Positions 38,727 to 53,355 of a DNA stretch of 64,000 nucleotides are shown piece after piece. The notes beneath the pieces were generated by a model. The model ran no database searches. It worked only from the letters and a program-made list of their open reading frames with translations, and had not been told where the DNA came from. The position numbers and the translations under genes were made by a program. Numbering within the stretch: the stretch's first letter is position 1; every line of letters starts with the position of its first letter. The stretch comes from Octopus vulgaris (lineage: Eukaryota), in the NCBI GenBank assembly GCA_951406725.2, contig OX597820.1, positions 106,268,001 through 106,332,000 on the forward strand, in the 5' to 3' direction.

Positions 38727-39791
38727 ATGGAGATGTAGGGATAGGGGTCTTGTTTCAACATCCCATGATAGTTGAAGTAAGTGTCACCATCATGTAACTG
38801 AAGTCCTTCATTCCAAAACTTACATGAAAATCTCTCTCTGACCATAAAATGAAATTTATATTAGTGTTCTTGGAAATGGATGAAAGTCAGTGACAAGAAG
38901 AACATCCATCTGACACAAGAAACTCTGTCTAACCCATACAAGTATGGATAAGTGGAAGTTAAAACAATGATGATGATTATTATTATAATCACACACACAC
39001 ACACACACACACATCCATTAGTTTACAAAGTGATTAATCTACCTAATCATCTGTCGAGATAATTATTTTTATATATTTTACTATCTCCAAAAATATATTG
39101 TATTTCTTCTTTGTATGTTGTATATATAGATTCATTACATAAAGCAAGTTGCTTGCTTGCTTACTTAGAAACAGGTTTTATTTGATATGAAAATCTGTCT
39201 GTGTTCATAAATGCTAAAGTGCTCAGCAGTGAAAACGTCTGTAAAGAGATAAAATTTCCATTGAAAGTATAAAAAAAAGAAATATTTTCCTGTACAAGCA
39301 TCCACTCATGTTTCCTGCATGTATTACCTACACCAACAAGCTATGTATGATTTTATGTGTCTGTGCACACATGTGTGTGTGTGTTATAAGCTATATGTTC
39401 AGAGACTTAAAATTGCATATTGCTTATATTACTGAAGTAATGACCATATTTATAACTCCAGTATGATAAATATACAATAGATATGCATAGTAAAAATGTA
39501 AAATATCTACATCTGTTACATGTATTATTTAAAAAATTTTATTCTTTTGAATGGTTTAACTCATTAGACTGTGGAACATCACATTCAAAGGATTTGTCAT
39601 TTATAATAACTCCAGGCCTTTGATGCTTATTTTATCAGTCTTTTATAGAATGGGGCAAGTTGGTCTATGCGTAAAGGTAGAAACGTTAATGGCATTTTTG
39701 TTCAACATGCAAATTTTTTTATTACATGTTAATATATACACACATGCTCAGAGAGAGAGAGATACACACATACGCGTGTGTCTGTGTGTGC

Positions 39792-39826
<35 letters not shown>

Positions 39827-40609
39827 CATTATTGTTTTAACATCTACTTTTCCATACTTGCATGGGTTAGGTGAGAGTACATTAGGTCCAAAGACGACAT
39901 CACACTCCAATGTCTGCTGTGGCATGGCGTCTATAGCTGGATGCCCTTCCTAATGCCAACCACTTTACAGAGTATATTGGGTGCATTTCCCATGGCACCA
40001 ACAGTCGTGAGGTTGCCATGAGGGTAATTTAGTCTAAATTACCCACAGACTAAGACTACAACAAGACTAAATTACCTTCAGACTAAGACTACAATTGAAA
40101 GGGTGGCAGCTTTATGCTAGATGATGAAAAGTTAGAGTATGAAAGAAGGCCCCAGAACAGGTTTCATGGCTGCTCAGGTTATATATAACAACATACACAC
40201 ATACACTCATTTTAAGCAGGAATAATACTAGAAGGAAATGGTTACTATTGAAGGTAATGTACCACTATAGCCAAAGCATCAATGGTTTAAAGAAATTAAA
40301 GACTAAGAAGTCACTGAAACACATTTTCATATCTGCCACCAAAACATCCCAATGCTTTCATTTAGCTAGGATCCATTTAACTTTTCTTCACCAAATGGTT
40401 TTACATGCAAAACTATTGAGGGCATTCAACATGGTAACTGTGTGATCTCTAAAAGCCAGCATTTAGAAACTGAAAGTTTCAAAGGTGACAAAAGAACCCA
40501 TAGGGAACTCAGCTATCTTAAATGTAACTAGTTCAACTAGTAGTAGTAACAGCAACAGAAGTAGTCATGGCAGCAGTGGCAGCAGCAGTAGTAGTAGCAG
40601 TATTATCAT

Positions 40610-40642
<33 letters not shown>

Positions 40643-42298
40643 AAGAAGGAAAGAATGTGAACAAAGAAATCAAAAGAAAAAAACTAGAATTGGGTCAAAA
40701 AGAATCAGAAGAAACTGGATAAGAACAAGAAGAAGAACAACAACAAAAATAACAACAACCAGTAGGAGAAGAACAAGAAAAAGTACAAGAACAAGATTTG
40801 GTGGTGAGCCGGCGGAATTGTTTGCAATCCAGGCAAAATGTTTAGCAGCATTTCATCTGTCCTCACATTTGGAGTTCAAATTCCACTGAGGTCGACTTTG
40901 CCTTTGATCCTTTCAGGGTCATTAAAATAAGTATCAGTTAAGCACTGGGGTCAATGTAATTGACTTATCCCCTCCCCCAAAATTACTGGTCTTGTGCAAA
41001 AATTTGAACCTATTATTCTGTTTGACCAATTAAATGCTCTACCTAATTTCACATATATGTACTCAAAACTACCAATATATATGCATATTTATACAAGGGC
41101 ATACAATCTTACAAACAGGTGACATACATTTACTAAAGGTTTTCAAGGAACAGCAGGCTTAGTTTATTCAAAAGTTGTGCATTTACAACATATTTGATAC
41201 GTTGTGCAAAAGCTACAAATGTATGTACGTAATATGCATTATTATTGACATTTTCTGTAAAAGTTCCTGAAGAACAACATTTCCTATATAGGTATGAGGA
41301 GGCACCAACAGATTTTGGCCTTCTGAAATTTCAATTACTTTTGTTTTTCACTTTGCTTAAATCAAGAAATACATACATGCAATGTAATAAGCAAATAGGT
41401 TGTAGATGATTACTGGCCAGTAAGTTGAATATAAAAAGTAATAGTGGAATATAGTGAAATATACGAGGTAGATTAATTAATAGTGGAATAAATATAATTA
41501 CATATAATGTATTAAGTATATATTGATGACATATAGTATTACCAATGGGAAAAAGGAGAAAATTAATTTGATCATCAGGATTTAAGAATATAAAAAAGTA
41601 TTAGTCAAGCATTATGAGACAAAGAAGTCAGCAGAATGTACTATCAAATAAACAAAATAAAGGGAACAATTCTAGTCTTTGTCAAATAATTTAAAGCCTG
41701 TATCAAATGATTTAGAAAGCAAATCCTATAAAGTTGAACAAATTCAGCAGCTTCAACTGTTTAAGCGTTCCTCACACACAAAGAAAGTTTATACACAAAT
41801 ACACACAACATATTATACATATTGACACATATTCACAAGGAGACACAACACACATATACGTATGCATGTGCATATAAATGACCAACCTGTCTTTTAAAGA
41901 TTATTTAAAGAACATTATCCACTGTATCCTTCGTTTTTCAAAACTTAGAAGGAAGTAATGTGAGAGAATTTGGCTAGTATTTCTAGCACTTTGAATGACC
42001 ATGCCTAAATCAACATATCACATCCCCTCTACCATGGGTTGAATAGTTTTTATGAGACTGTATTTCCCAGCTGGATATGCTTCCTGACACCAACTCTTTT
42101 GGTCATTGTATACAACATGTAGGGAAATAGTAGGACTATTCTAAAACCAGGATACACAGGCTGTGTGATAAGAAGCTTGCTTCTCAACCACATGATTCTG
42201 GGTTCTGTCCTACAACATGGAACCTTGGGTAAATGTCTTCCTTGGGCAAACCAAAGCTTTGTGAGTAGATTTGGTAGACAGAAACTGAAAGAAAGCTG

Positions 42299-42360
<62 letters not shown>

Positions 42361-42365
<5 letters not shown>

Positions 42366-43031
42366 TATAAATAAGGGCAAAAGAAAAAAAATTCTATGCC
42401 AGTATGCTGAAAAATAGACTTTAGATCATCTAACCACATACAATATTTTTTACTATAAATACACAGCATGCTGAAATGAGGAAAGTTAGCTAACAGAAAT
42501 TTTAAAAATTCATTATTCCTGAATCAGTCCAATTTCTGGTTTAATCCAAATGGATTCTTCCTTCATCAGTGAGAAACATATGAATAAATGGAATACATAT
42601 ACCCATGGGAAAAGCAGATGTAAAGTCATGAGTACATTAAGTACCCCAAATATATCTAAACAGAAATTCTGTAGCAAGCCTCAGTATGTATTGGCAGTCA
42701 GGAAAACTCATGTAAAGTGGTTACCAGTCCCAAAGAGAATGGAAATAAATTTACTTCTAATATAAGGATAAAATTTTTCAAAACAATTTTATTAGTGGCT
42801 AGCATATTTAAATACCTTCTAAGGTGGAAATTATAAACAATTATAAATAAGGACAAAACAAAAAAATTTTCTATGTCAATATGCTGAAAAATAGACCTTA
42901 GATCGTCTAACCACATACAATATTTTTCACTCTAAATACAGTGTGCTCAAATGAGGAAAGCAAGCTAACAGAAATTTTTAAAATTCATTATTCCCAAATC
43001 AGCCCAATTTCTGGATTAATTCAAAAGGATT
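42361..43031 (-). mobile_element. 1.4-mer tandem of a ~476-bp unit with degenerate HHR, between (TA)n tracts
   Basis: 42361-42556 repeats at 42837-43031; minus strand 42524-42572 reads tca-CTGATGA-aggaagaatcc attt ggattaaacca-GAA-attggac-tga. Confidence 0.6.
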
Positions 43032-43121
43032 ATATATATAAATATATATAAATATGATTTAAAAAAGAATGGAGAGTCGATAAGGATGTAAAATTAATTT
43101 ATTAACATACTGCCAAAATAA

Positions 43122-43240
43122 AGCCTACATACGTTTCAATTCAATCCAATATATAATTGCAAATTCAAAGATTGGAATAAATCTAAAGATTAGAATAAAA
43201 TAGCATTTTGAATAACATTGGGGAGAATTTCATCAGAGCT
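43122..43240 (-). ncRNA. Type I hammerhead motif with extended stem II
   Basis: agct-CTGATGA-aattc tcc ccaat...attgg att gaatt-GAA-acgtatgt-a-ggct; GUA triplet. Confidence 0.68.
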
Positions 43241-44141
43241 AGAGTACAATAGAAATGGTTACATGTTGATGGATTGAATTTTATCAATAGACTAAAGAAA
43301 ATTAAGAAATAAATATTTATTGTGTGTATGTGTATGCTAATAATATTTTTTCATGAAATTAAAAAATAAAAATATAGTATAAGGATAAAAAGTAAAAATA
43401 AACTCCAAATAATAATAAATGTATGATATAAAGTAAAATAAAAAATAAAACCATTATCTAAGTAAATTTATGTTGGTTTACGTAATCAATGTATATTATT
43501 GCCTATGTATTAATTATTATAAAATCTTAGCAAATCAGATTGATTTGTCTATGTATGTGTGTGTGTGTAGTTTAATTGAAGAGGATAGCCGTTAAAAGTA
43601 TGTATTATTTATATATCTGTATATATACTAGTATTAATGTGTAGTGTACATATATGTGTTGTATGTATGTGTTAACACAAGCAGCCCTTCCTGTTTGTTT
43701 TCACTGTCCTATTTGTGATACCAATTTTGACCCTCTGCAAAATCCTAAATTTTATTCAATTTGCTTTGCGGGAGCAACTGTTTTATTGAAAGCATATATT
43801 GTTGTTAAATGCTCAAAATATGAGAGTAGAAAAACAGCCAACAACTGATGAAGGGTCGTTCTTTATGTTGTTTATCTTGTTTATCATTTGTGTCTTTTGT
43901 TGTTCAAAAAATAGTTCAAATTCCATGTAATCATACTTCGTATTGTTTTGTTGTACATGTTTCATGATGTCCTGTGGCCACATATACATATATATGTATG
44001 CACAGATGTAAGTATATGTACATATACGTATGTATATATGCATATATATATATATATCTATCTATCTATATATATCTATATATATATATATATATATGGT
44101 CAGTATTATATATATTATATATATTATATATATATATATAT

Positions 44142-44750
44142 AATTCCTTTTGCCAAGTCTGTCCGTAAACGAAGTGATCCCAAGATAAGAAATCTTTGAA
44201 CTTTAATTCATCCCGTATCTCTATTTATTATTCATTATTCATTATTATTTATCATTATTCTGATCCCCCTAGTCGCCACTCTGTTTACTATTTCAGCCTC
44301 GCCTCGTTTTTGCATATTCTGTATAATTCATTAGTTATCGTTATAGATATTTAAAATCTATCTCCCTTACAGGGCTGATAGAATGGCCACCGATTCTTCG
44401 CGGGGTTCTCTTCCCTTCTCTCCCCCTCTTTCACATTGTCTGGACTCCTCTTCCTACTCCTCTCCATGGCTATGCATACTTAAGCTAGTAACCTGCCTCA
44501 TTCTTGATTCCGAATTCCTTTTGCCAAGTCTGTCCGTAAACGAAGTGATCCCAAGATAAGAAATCTTTGAACTTTAATTCATCCCGTATCTCTATTTATT
44601 ATTCATTATTCATTATTATTTATCATTATTCTGATCCCCCTAGTCGCCACTCTGTTTACTATTTCAGCCTCGCCTCGTTTTTGCATATTCTGTATAATTC
44701 ATTAGTTATCGTTATAGATATTTAAGATCTATCTCCCTTACAGGGCTGAT
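44142..44750. repeat. ~238-bp near-identical direct repeat (period 371 bp), unclassified
   Basis: 44142-44379 matches 44513-44750; I noticed only one substitution. Confidence 0.9.
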
Positions 44751-45272
44751 TCTTCACGGTGCGCCCGCCCTACCCACCCCCACCACCAATACCGGATATC
44801 TCTATTTTGCTCCAACTATACCGGATGTCGTTTCTCCCACCACCATTATAGGTGTCTACTCTTTGAACCCCCTCTTCAATACGCTATTTCACCATGCATT
44901 ACCCCTCTCTTGATATCCTACGTTCTACTTGCCTAGAACCTGTCCTCTGAACCACCCCTCCCACTGGTGCTCCCCTATATTTCTGCACCCCCCCCCCATA
45001 AAAAGCACCATCCGAACGTGGCCGATGCCAGACCCCTCTGGCACCTGTGCAGGTGGCACGTAAAAAACACCCACTACACTCGCGGAGTGGTTGGCGTTAG
45101 GAAGGGCATCCAGCTGTAGAAACACTGCCAGACTAGACTGGAGCCTGGGGAAGTCCCGAGCTCCCCAGACCCCGGTCGAAACCGTCCAACCCGTGCTAGC
45201 ACGGAAAACGGACGTTAAACGATGATGATGATGATGATGAAACAAGTCAAATTGCGATAAAATAAAAATAAT

Positions 45273-45305
<33 letters not shown>

Positions 45306-45324
45306 TAATATATATAATACTGAC

Positions 45325-45622
45325 CATGGGATTGCACCTAGAAAGTTCCCCACCGAAGCACAAGTCCGGGCAAGGTTGTTTATGAAAGACCAGCTGTCAC
45401 CCATGCATACCAGCCTCCCCTCTCCACACCAGCAGTGTTTATCCAAGGGAAAGGCAAAGGGGCCAATACAGCTTGGCACCTGTGACGGCACAACCCATTT
45501 CTACAGTTAAGTGATTGAAATAAAGTGTCTTGCTCAAGAACACAACATGCAGCCCGGTGTGGGATTCAAACTCACAACCTCACAATCGTAAGTTCGCCAC
45601 TCTAACCACTGAGCCATGCGCC
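45325..45622 (-). mobile_element. Full-length tRNA-derived SINE
   Basis: Minus strand begins ggcgcatggctcagtggttagag (A box) then gagtttgaatccc (B box); TA-rich tail. Confidence 0.8.
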
Positions 45623-45653
45623 ATCACATAATAATATAATATATATAATACAT

Positions 45654-48600
45654 ATCATCATCATCATCATCATCATCATCGTTTAACGTCCGTTCTCCAT
45701 GCTAGCATGGGTTGGACAGTTCGACCGGGGGATCTGGGAAGCCAGAAGGCTGCACCAGGCTCCAGTCTTATCTGGCAATGTTTCTACAGCTGGATGCCCT
45801 TCCTAACGCCAACCACTCCGTGAGTGTAGTGGGTGCTTTTTACGTGCCACCTGCACAGGTGCCAGGCAAGGCTGGCAACGGCCACGGTCGGATTGGTGTA
45901 TTTTATGTGCCACCGGCACGGAAGCCAGTCGGGGCGGTGCTGGCATCGGCCACGATTCGGATAGTGCTTTTTACGTACCACCAGACCAGGGATCCTGGCT
46001 GGTTCAATTCGATTTCGCTTTCGCTTGCCCCAACATGTCTTCGCAAGCAAAGGGGGTTGGCATGGGTGCCTGTCGTCGGATGGGGTTCTATATCGACTTC
46101 GCTTGCCTCAACAGGTCTTTGTGTCCAAGGGAGGAAAGGCATTCATAAGTGGGCTGGGCTCACTTGTCCTGCCTGGTCTTCTCACGTACAGCATATTTCC
46201 AAACGTCTCGGTCGCTGGTCATTTCCTCAGTGAGGCCTAAAGTTCGAAGGTCGTGCTTCACCACCTCGTCCCAGGTTTTCCTGGGTCTACCTCTTCCACG
46301 GGTTCCCTCAACTGCTAGGGATTGACACTTTCTCACACACCTATCTTCATCCATTCTCGCCACATGACCATACCAGCGCAATCGTCTCTCTTGCACACCA
46401 CAACTGATGCTTCTTAGGTACAACATTTCTCTCAAGGTACTAACGCTCTGTCGAGTATGTACACTGACATTACACATCTATCGGAGCATACTGGCTTCAT
46501 TCCTCACGAGCTTACGCATGTCCTCAGCAGTCACAGCCCATGTTTCACTGCCATGTAGCATGGCTGTTCGTTCACATGCATCATACAGTCTGCCTTTTAC
46601 TCTGAGCGAGAGGCCTTTAGTCACCAGCAGAGGTAAGAGCTCCCTAAACTTTGCCCAGGCTATTCTTATTCTAGCAGTTACACTTTCAGCGCACCCACCC
46701 CCGCTACTGACTTGGTCACCTAGATAACGAAAGCTATCAACTACTTCTAGTTTTTCCCCCTGGAAGGAGACGGAAGTTGTTTTCTGCAGATTTTCGGAGG
46801 TTAATGCTCCCGAGCATCTGCCACATACAAAAACTATCTTCCCAGTTAGCCTACCTTTGACATTGCTGCACCTCTTATGTGTCCATAGCTTACACTGGGT
46901 ACATCTTATAGAGTTTCTACCTACACCTTTTCTACAGATCGAGCAGGGCCATCTACCTGAAGACATTTGTGGATTGTCTACCTTCCTACTTATTAGTACT
47001 TTGGTTTTAGCTAGGTTGACTCTAAGGCCCCTCGATTCTAAACCCTCCTTCCACACCTGGAACTTCTCCTCCAGTTCTGATAGTGACTCAGCAATTAGAG
47101 CAAGGTCGTCAGCATAGAGGAGCTCCCAGGGACAACCTGTCTTGAATTCCTCCGTAATTGCCTGGAGGACTATAATAAATAGGAGGGGGCTGAGTACTGG
47201 ACCCCGGTGGACCCCAACCTCTACTTTGAATTCTTCTGTGTACATGTTGCCAACCCTAACCTTACTTACGGCATCTCTGTACATGGCTTGCACAGTCCTC
47301 ACCAGCCATTCATCTATCCCTAGTTTCCTCATTGACCACCAGATAAGGGATCGAGGGACCCTATCAAAAGCTTTCTCCATGTCAACGAAAGCCAGGTACA
47401 GGGGCTTATCTTTGGCTAGGTATTTCTCCTGCAGCTGCCTTACCAGGAATATAGCATCAGTAGTACTTTTCCCTGGCACGAACCCAAACTGCATCTCATC
47501 TAAACTAACTCTCTCTCTAATTAGTTGGGCAATGACCCTCTCCGTAACCTTCATTACCTGATCCAACAGCTTGATACCTCTGTAATTATTTGTATCTAGG
47601 GCATCACCTTTACCTTTGTAGTAGTTGACTAGTATGCTGCTACACCAGTCATTGGGTATGACTCCTTCGTGTATCACCTGGTTGACTATACGGGTGACTA
47701 GGCTATAGCCGACATTGCCAGATATTTTGAGCATCTCTGCAGTAATTCCTGATGGGCCTGGGGCTTTCCCTGTCTTCATGCTTCTAATTGCCTTAGCTAC
47801 CACGGAACTATCAACTCGGATAGCTGGTCCCTCTGTTGGGTCAACATTCGGCAGACTCTCTTTATCCCATTCATTTTCTTTATTCAGCAACCTTTCATAG
47901 TGGCGTCTCCAAACCTCTCTCTTTGCATCCTCATCTAGAGCAAGTGAACCATCATCCATGCGAACACACTTCTCTCCTACCACATCATGATTCTCTCTCA
48001 CACACTGTCTTGCAACACGAAATACCTCAAGTCTTTCATCCTCACGGCTCAGAACATTGGCAAATTTTTTCTTATCCGCTTCCCCTCTGGCTAAATAAAC
48101 CTGTCTCCTAGCTTCCCTTCTGGCTGTCTGATACAATTCCCTGCTACCACCGTTCTTCCAGTCCTTCTAAGCCTGTCTCTTTTGTCTAATAGCCCTGTCA
48201 ACCACAGTGTTCCACCACCATGTTACTCTGGGTCGAGATGGTACTTTGCTCCATCCACAGATCTGGTCAGTGGCTGTCAGCAGATTGTCCCGTAGAAATC
48301 TCCAGTTGCCTTCCACATTAAGTGAAGCTATATCCCCTTCTATTTCGTCAGAGGCTTCGAGTAGTATGTCTCTAAATCTCTGTCCATTTGCAGGATCTTT
48401 AAGCTTCCAGACCCTTCTCCTCCAAGCAGGTCTTCTTCTGGGCAACCATTTAGCTCTGATCCTGAAGTCGCTAACTACTAATCTATGTTGAGGAGTACAT
48501 TCTTCGCCTGGAAAGGTTTTGGCATTTATAAGCAGCCCTCTTTCCCTTTTTCTGGCAAGGATGTAGTCAATCTGGCTAGTGTGTCTGCCAGAACGGTAGG

Positions 48601-49182
48601 TGACTAGGTGAGAGGTGGGTTTCCTGAAGTTGGTATTGCAGACCATAAGGTCATTTGCATCGCAGAACTCCAGCAGCCTGGTTCCCTCCTCATTACGAGA
48701 GCCAAAACCATAGCCTCCATGGACGCCATGGAAGCCCTCGACATGCCGTCCAACATGTCCATTGAAATCACCTGCCACGAAGAGAAGGTCACTGTCATTT
48801 GTCAACGAGGTAGTCCGCAATAGGGTGTCATAGAATTGGTCTTTTTGTCCTTCCGGTAGCCCTGGTTGAGGGGCATATGCCGAGATGATGGTAGCTGACC
48901 TATGGTGAAGCACTAATCTAATCTTAAGTACTCTATCACTTACTCTGACTACCTTGATTACCTTATCTACCCATTTCTCCGCAAGAAGTATACCCACGCC
49001 CCCGACCCCGTCAGTGTTCCCTGCCCAGAAAATCTTGTACCTGTGTTCCTTGCCTGTGAGGAGCCTAGCGGAGCCTAGCGGAGCCTAGCGGAGCCTCCTC
49101 TCCACCTTACTTCCTGGATGCAGCATAAATCCACACGTCTCCGTTCAAGCAGCTCAACAATCTCTCCACACCTACCTTTCAA
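45654..49182 (-). mobile_element. Near full-length RTE/BovB-like LINE (APE endonuclease + RT)
   Basis: One reading frame from ~49060 to 46160 with two in-frame TAG codons; APE motifs (CCIQEVRW, SAYAPQ, GDFNGHVG, QIDYIL, QHRLVV); RT motifs (FVDMEKAFDRV, LYADDL, FRYLG); 3' UTR and (atg)n tail; 5' end truncated; 10-bp unit triplicated near 49061-49095. Confidence 0.96.
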
Positions 49183-49199
49183 ATATATATAATATATAT

Positions 49200-49263
<64 letters not shown>

Positions 49264-50015
49264 ATAATATTTATAATAATAATAATATATATATATATAT
49301 AATAATATATATGTATATATTTATATGTGTGTGTCTTTGTGTCTGTGTTTGTCCCCCCACCATCACTTAAGAACCAATGTTGGTGTGTTTATGTCCTGGT
49401 AATGTAGTGGTTTGGCAAAAGAGACTGATAGAATAAGTACTAGGCTTACAAAGAATAAGTCTTAGGGTGTCGATTCGCTCCACTAAAAGAAAAAAGAAAA
49501 CACTTCAAGGCGATACTCCAGCATGGCTACAGTCAAATGACTGAAACAAGTAAAAGAATTGTAAAATAGTCATATAGAAGCTCTTTCGTTAAAAGAAACT
49601 GAAGTCCCAGTTATATACACGGCTCAACTGAATTGACTAAATTTTTTTCCAACATATTTGTGGCTTTGAAAAAAAATGTAAAGAAAAGTATAAGCATAGC
49701 TGTGTGGTGAGAAGTTTGCTTACCAGCAACATGGTTTTGGGTTCAGTCTTATTGCATGGCACTTTGGGTATCTTCAACAAAAGTTCTGGGCCTACCAAAG
49801 CCTTGTATTTGGATTTGGTGAATGAAAACTGAAAGAAGCCCATTCTGTGTGTGTGTGTGTGTGTGTCAGTTGCCTAGTGGTTAGAGATGTTCTGCTCACA
49901 ATCATAATGTTGTGGGTTCAACTCCCAGACCAAGTGGCATATTGTGTTGTGTCCCTGAGCAAGGCACTGCTCCAGTCTACTCAGCTGAAAATGAGGATCA
50001 GCTGAGGTTTGGTAC

Positions 50016-50130
<115 letters not shown>

Positions 50131-50371
50131 TGTCATTCTGGTGTGCTGCTGAGTCAAAATGTAGGAGAGTCAAGATGGAATTTGTCTGCTTGTGACTACT
50201 CAGGCACCTAAAACAATTAGTAAAAGTATAGTACATTACCAAGCCTTACTTATTTGTGGATGATAGCTAGCTCTAGTGCATAGAATGATGTGGAGGAAGG
50301 TGAGGAGAAGGTGTGGTGGTGGTGGTGGTGAGGAAGGAGAGGAAGAGAACAAGGGTGATAAAGTTAATGAC

Positions 50372-50409
<38 letters not shown>

Positions 50410-51391
50410 AAAATGTGTAAATGTTGATAATCAGGGCAAAACTGATGAGGGTGATAACTTTAGGAAATTATGACAATGCTAGGAACTATGATAACAAAGT
50501 GGAAACTAATGGCAGTAGCAGTAGTGGTGGTGGTGGTGGTGGTGGTGGTGGTGATAGTAAGGGGGCAATAGTGGTGTTGTTGGTAGTGATTGTACTAGTG
50601 ATAGGAGGATGTTGGCTTTGGGGGTGTTGGTATTGCTGCTGGTGGGGGACAGTGTTGTTGCTGTTGTTGATGATAGTAATGGTGCTGTTAATAGTGGTGG
50701 TGGTGGCGGTGGAAAAAGTGATAATGCTGGTGCTGATACCAATGTTTATAGTGATGGTCATGTTCATGGTGGTGCTGGTGGTTCTTCCTGCTCATTTATA
50801 AAATGTTTCAGCATTAACATTCCTATGTGTGGAAGGTCAAAGGTTGTTGCTATGTCATTCTATTTTGGACCCAACCCCTCCCACAAATCTGAACTAATAC
50901 CTTAACACTTGTTCTGCAACTCTTAAAAAAAAAATCTCTGGGAGTGACCATTTTTTGAGGAGCAAATAAACAATTCTTATTGTTTTTAGACAGGACTATA
51001 GTTAAATAATGTCAACTTTTACAGCCCACACAGCTCTTACTTAATACCATCCTTATGGCTATGATCACCAAATCCACCACCACCACCATCACCACTATAA
51101 CTGAAAGAGCTACCATCATCATTGTTATCATCAACATGACCATTACAAACTAAGAGGGGTACCTGTAATAGAACGCTTGAACTACCAGAAATACAGCTAA
51201 ATCTCCCTCAAAAAACAACCTATCATTTTTTAAAATTGAAGCTATGAATAATGTGATCCAGAGATCACATAGAGAAAAGACAGAAAGGTCATGGTTGGAA
51301 TGCCTTTGACCACAGGTCTGCTCTGTTATAGTTGATCTGAAACAAATTCTCAACAACAATATCAGCATTACCATTATTCCACCTCCATTAG

Positions 51392-52005
51392 CCCTTTTGT
51401 TACCATATTTCTGAATAAATACACTGCCTTCATTTCAATTAATTTTCAAAATAATGAAGAATTTAGTAAAATAACTGGCATTGCTAAGTTGGTGCTTAAA
51501 TCACTTTCTAATGAAATACATCACATTCACTTAACTTAATTCTTAACATAATGAAGGAATTTAGAAAAATAACTTTGTCGTTAATTAGCTGGTATGTAGA
51601 ACAAATTAATATGAAAGTTTGATGTGAGGTGCTAATTCAAATCACTTTAACCCTTTTTTTTAACCACATTTCTAATTAAACACATCAATTCACTTCAATC
51701 AGTTTTTAAAATAATAATTTGGTAAAATAACTTTGTCATTAATAAGCTGGTATTTGGAACATGATTTTATATGAAATTTTGATGAAGTTTTGATTGAGAT
51801 CACTTTAACACTTTTGTTACCATATTTCTAATAAAATACATCAATTCACTTCAATTGTTTTTTAAATGATGAAGACTTAATAAGATGGTGTTTGGGACAT
51901 AAATTAGTATGAAATTTTGATGAATTTTTTTTTTAGAGCACTTTACATCAGGAAGTTTGAATTATAGAATAAGGGACAGTCTGAGGTAGGTTGGTATCAA
52001 AAGAG
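51392..52005. mobile_element. piggyBac-like MITE with internal ~130-155-bp tandem repeats
   Basis: Ends ttag|cccttttgttacca ... tggtatcaaaagag|ttag (TTAA-like flanks); about four diverged internal units sharing atcacttt, aaaataact, ctggt, atatgaaa. Confidence 0.55.
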
Positions 52006-53291
52006 TTAGCATCACTAGAAATGCTATCCTTACCATCACTGCCACCTCAGCCAATATATGCCACCAATCAGCTGCGACCTCAACCAATAAATATCACCAA
52101 TTAGCTTCCTCCACAACAACCATGCTTCACCACTGCCTTCCTTAGCCACCATCTCAATCAACTTTACCATCAACACAGCCACAAATGCAAATGTTATGAC
52201 AGTATCACCCCCATAACCACTATTATCAACACAACTATCATTACTTGTGTTTGTCCTGATATTGCTTAACAACTGGTGTTGATTGCCTAATGCCCCAGTA
52301 ACTTAGCAGTTCAGCAAAAGACTGATAGAGTAAGAGCCAGATTTAAACTAAGTAGTGGCTTCAATTTTCTTTTCAACAAACCCATCCTACAAGACAAGTG
52401 CTCCAGCCTGGTTGTAGTCCAATGATTGAAAACATCAAAGGAATAAAGAATACATAAACTATGGACAAATGTATTCTACAGTCTAGACCCAAGCTGACCA
52501 AAGCCTTGTGAGTGGATTTAGTAAATAGAAACTGAAAGAAGCCTGTCGTGTGTGTGTGTGCATATGTGTTTCTGTTTATCTCTCACCTCTGCATGGCAAC
52601 CAATGTTGATTTGTTTATGCCCCCAAGACTTAGCAGTTCAGCAAAAGAACCTGATAGAGTAAGTACCAAGCTTAAAAGAAGGGACTGGAGTCAATTTATT
52701 TAGCTAAGCCCTTCAAAGTAGTGCCCCAGTATGGCCACAGTCCAATGACTGAAACAAATAAAAGATAATAGATGAAAGGATTAATTTGTTTCTAATAAAA
52801 TTGTCTTTTACTATAACATAAAACAGATCATTAATAGCAAATTAATAATGTTAAATTAATTTGGTATAGCCATTTCCTCAATACATTTTTCTGTATTTTA
52901 CTATGTTTTCCTGTTATTATGCGTCATCTTCCTGATACAGCATTCTTTGTTAAAAAAGGCATTCTTTAAATTTGTAAGGGAGTGGATACTGATGATGCTT
53001 TCAGCTGGGAAATAGGATTTTGACACAATATTAAGGTACAATCATGGCTGTGTGGTGAAGAAGCTTGCTTCTCAATTTATTTGGTTTGGGGTTCAGTTCT
53101 ACAGTGCAACACCTTGGGCAAGTGTTTTGTATAATAGCCTTAGCTGACCAAAGCTTTGGGAATGGATTTGGTAGATAGAAACTGAAAGAAGCTCATCATT
53201 ATTATCACCATCATCTTTTAATGTCCATTTTCTATGCTGGCATGGGATGGGCTGGTATGTATGTATATATATATTCATGCATGTGTGGATG

Positions 53292-53355
<64 letters not shown>

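Noticed and set aside
46407-48823. Plus-strand ORFs overlapping the RTE LINE (also at 28.6-30.2 kb and 53.9-54.9 kb)
   Set aside because: Antisense shadows of the LINE ORF
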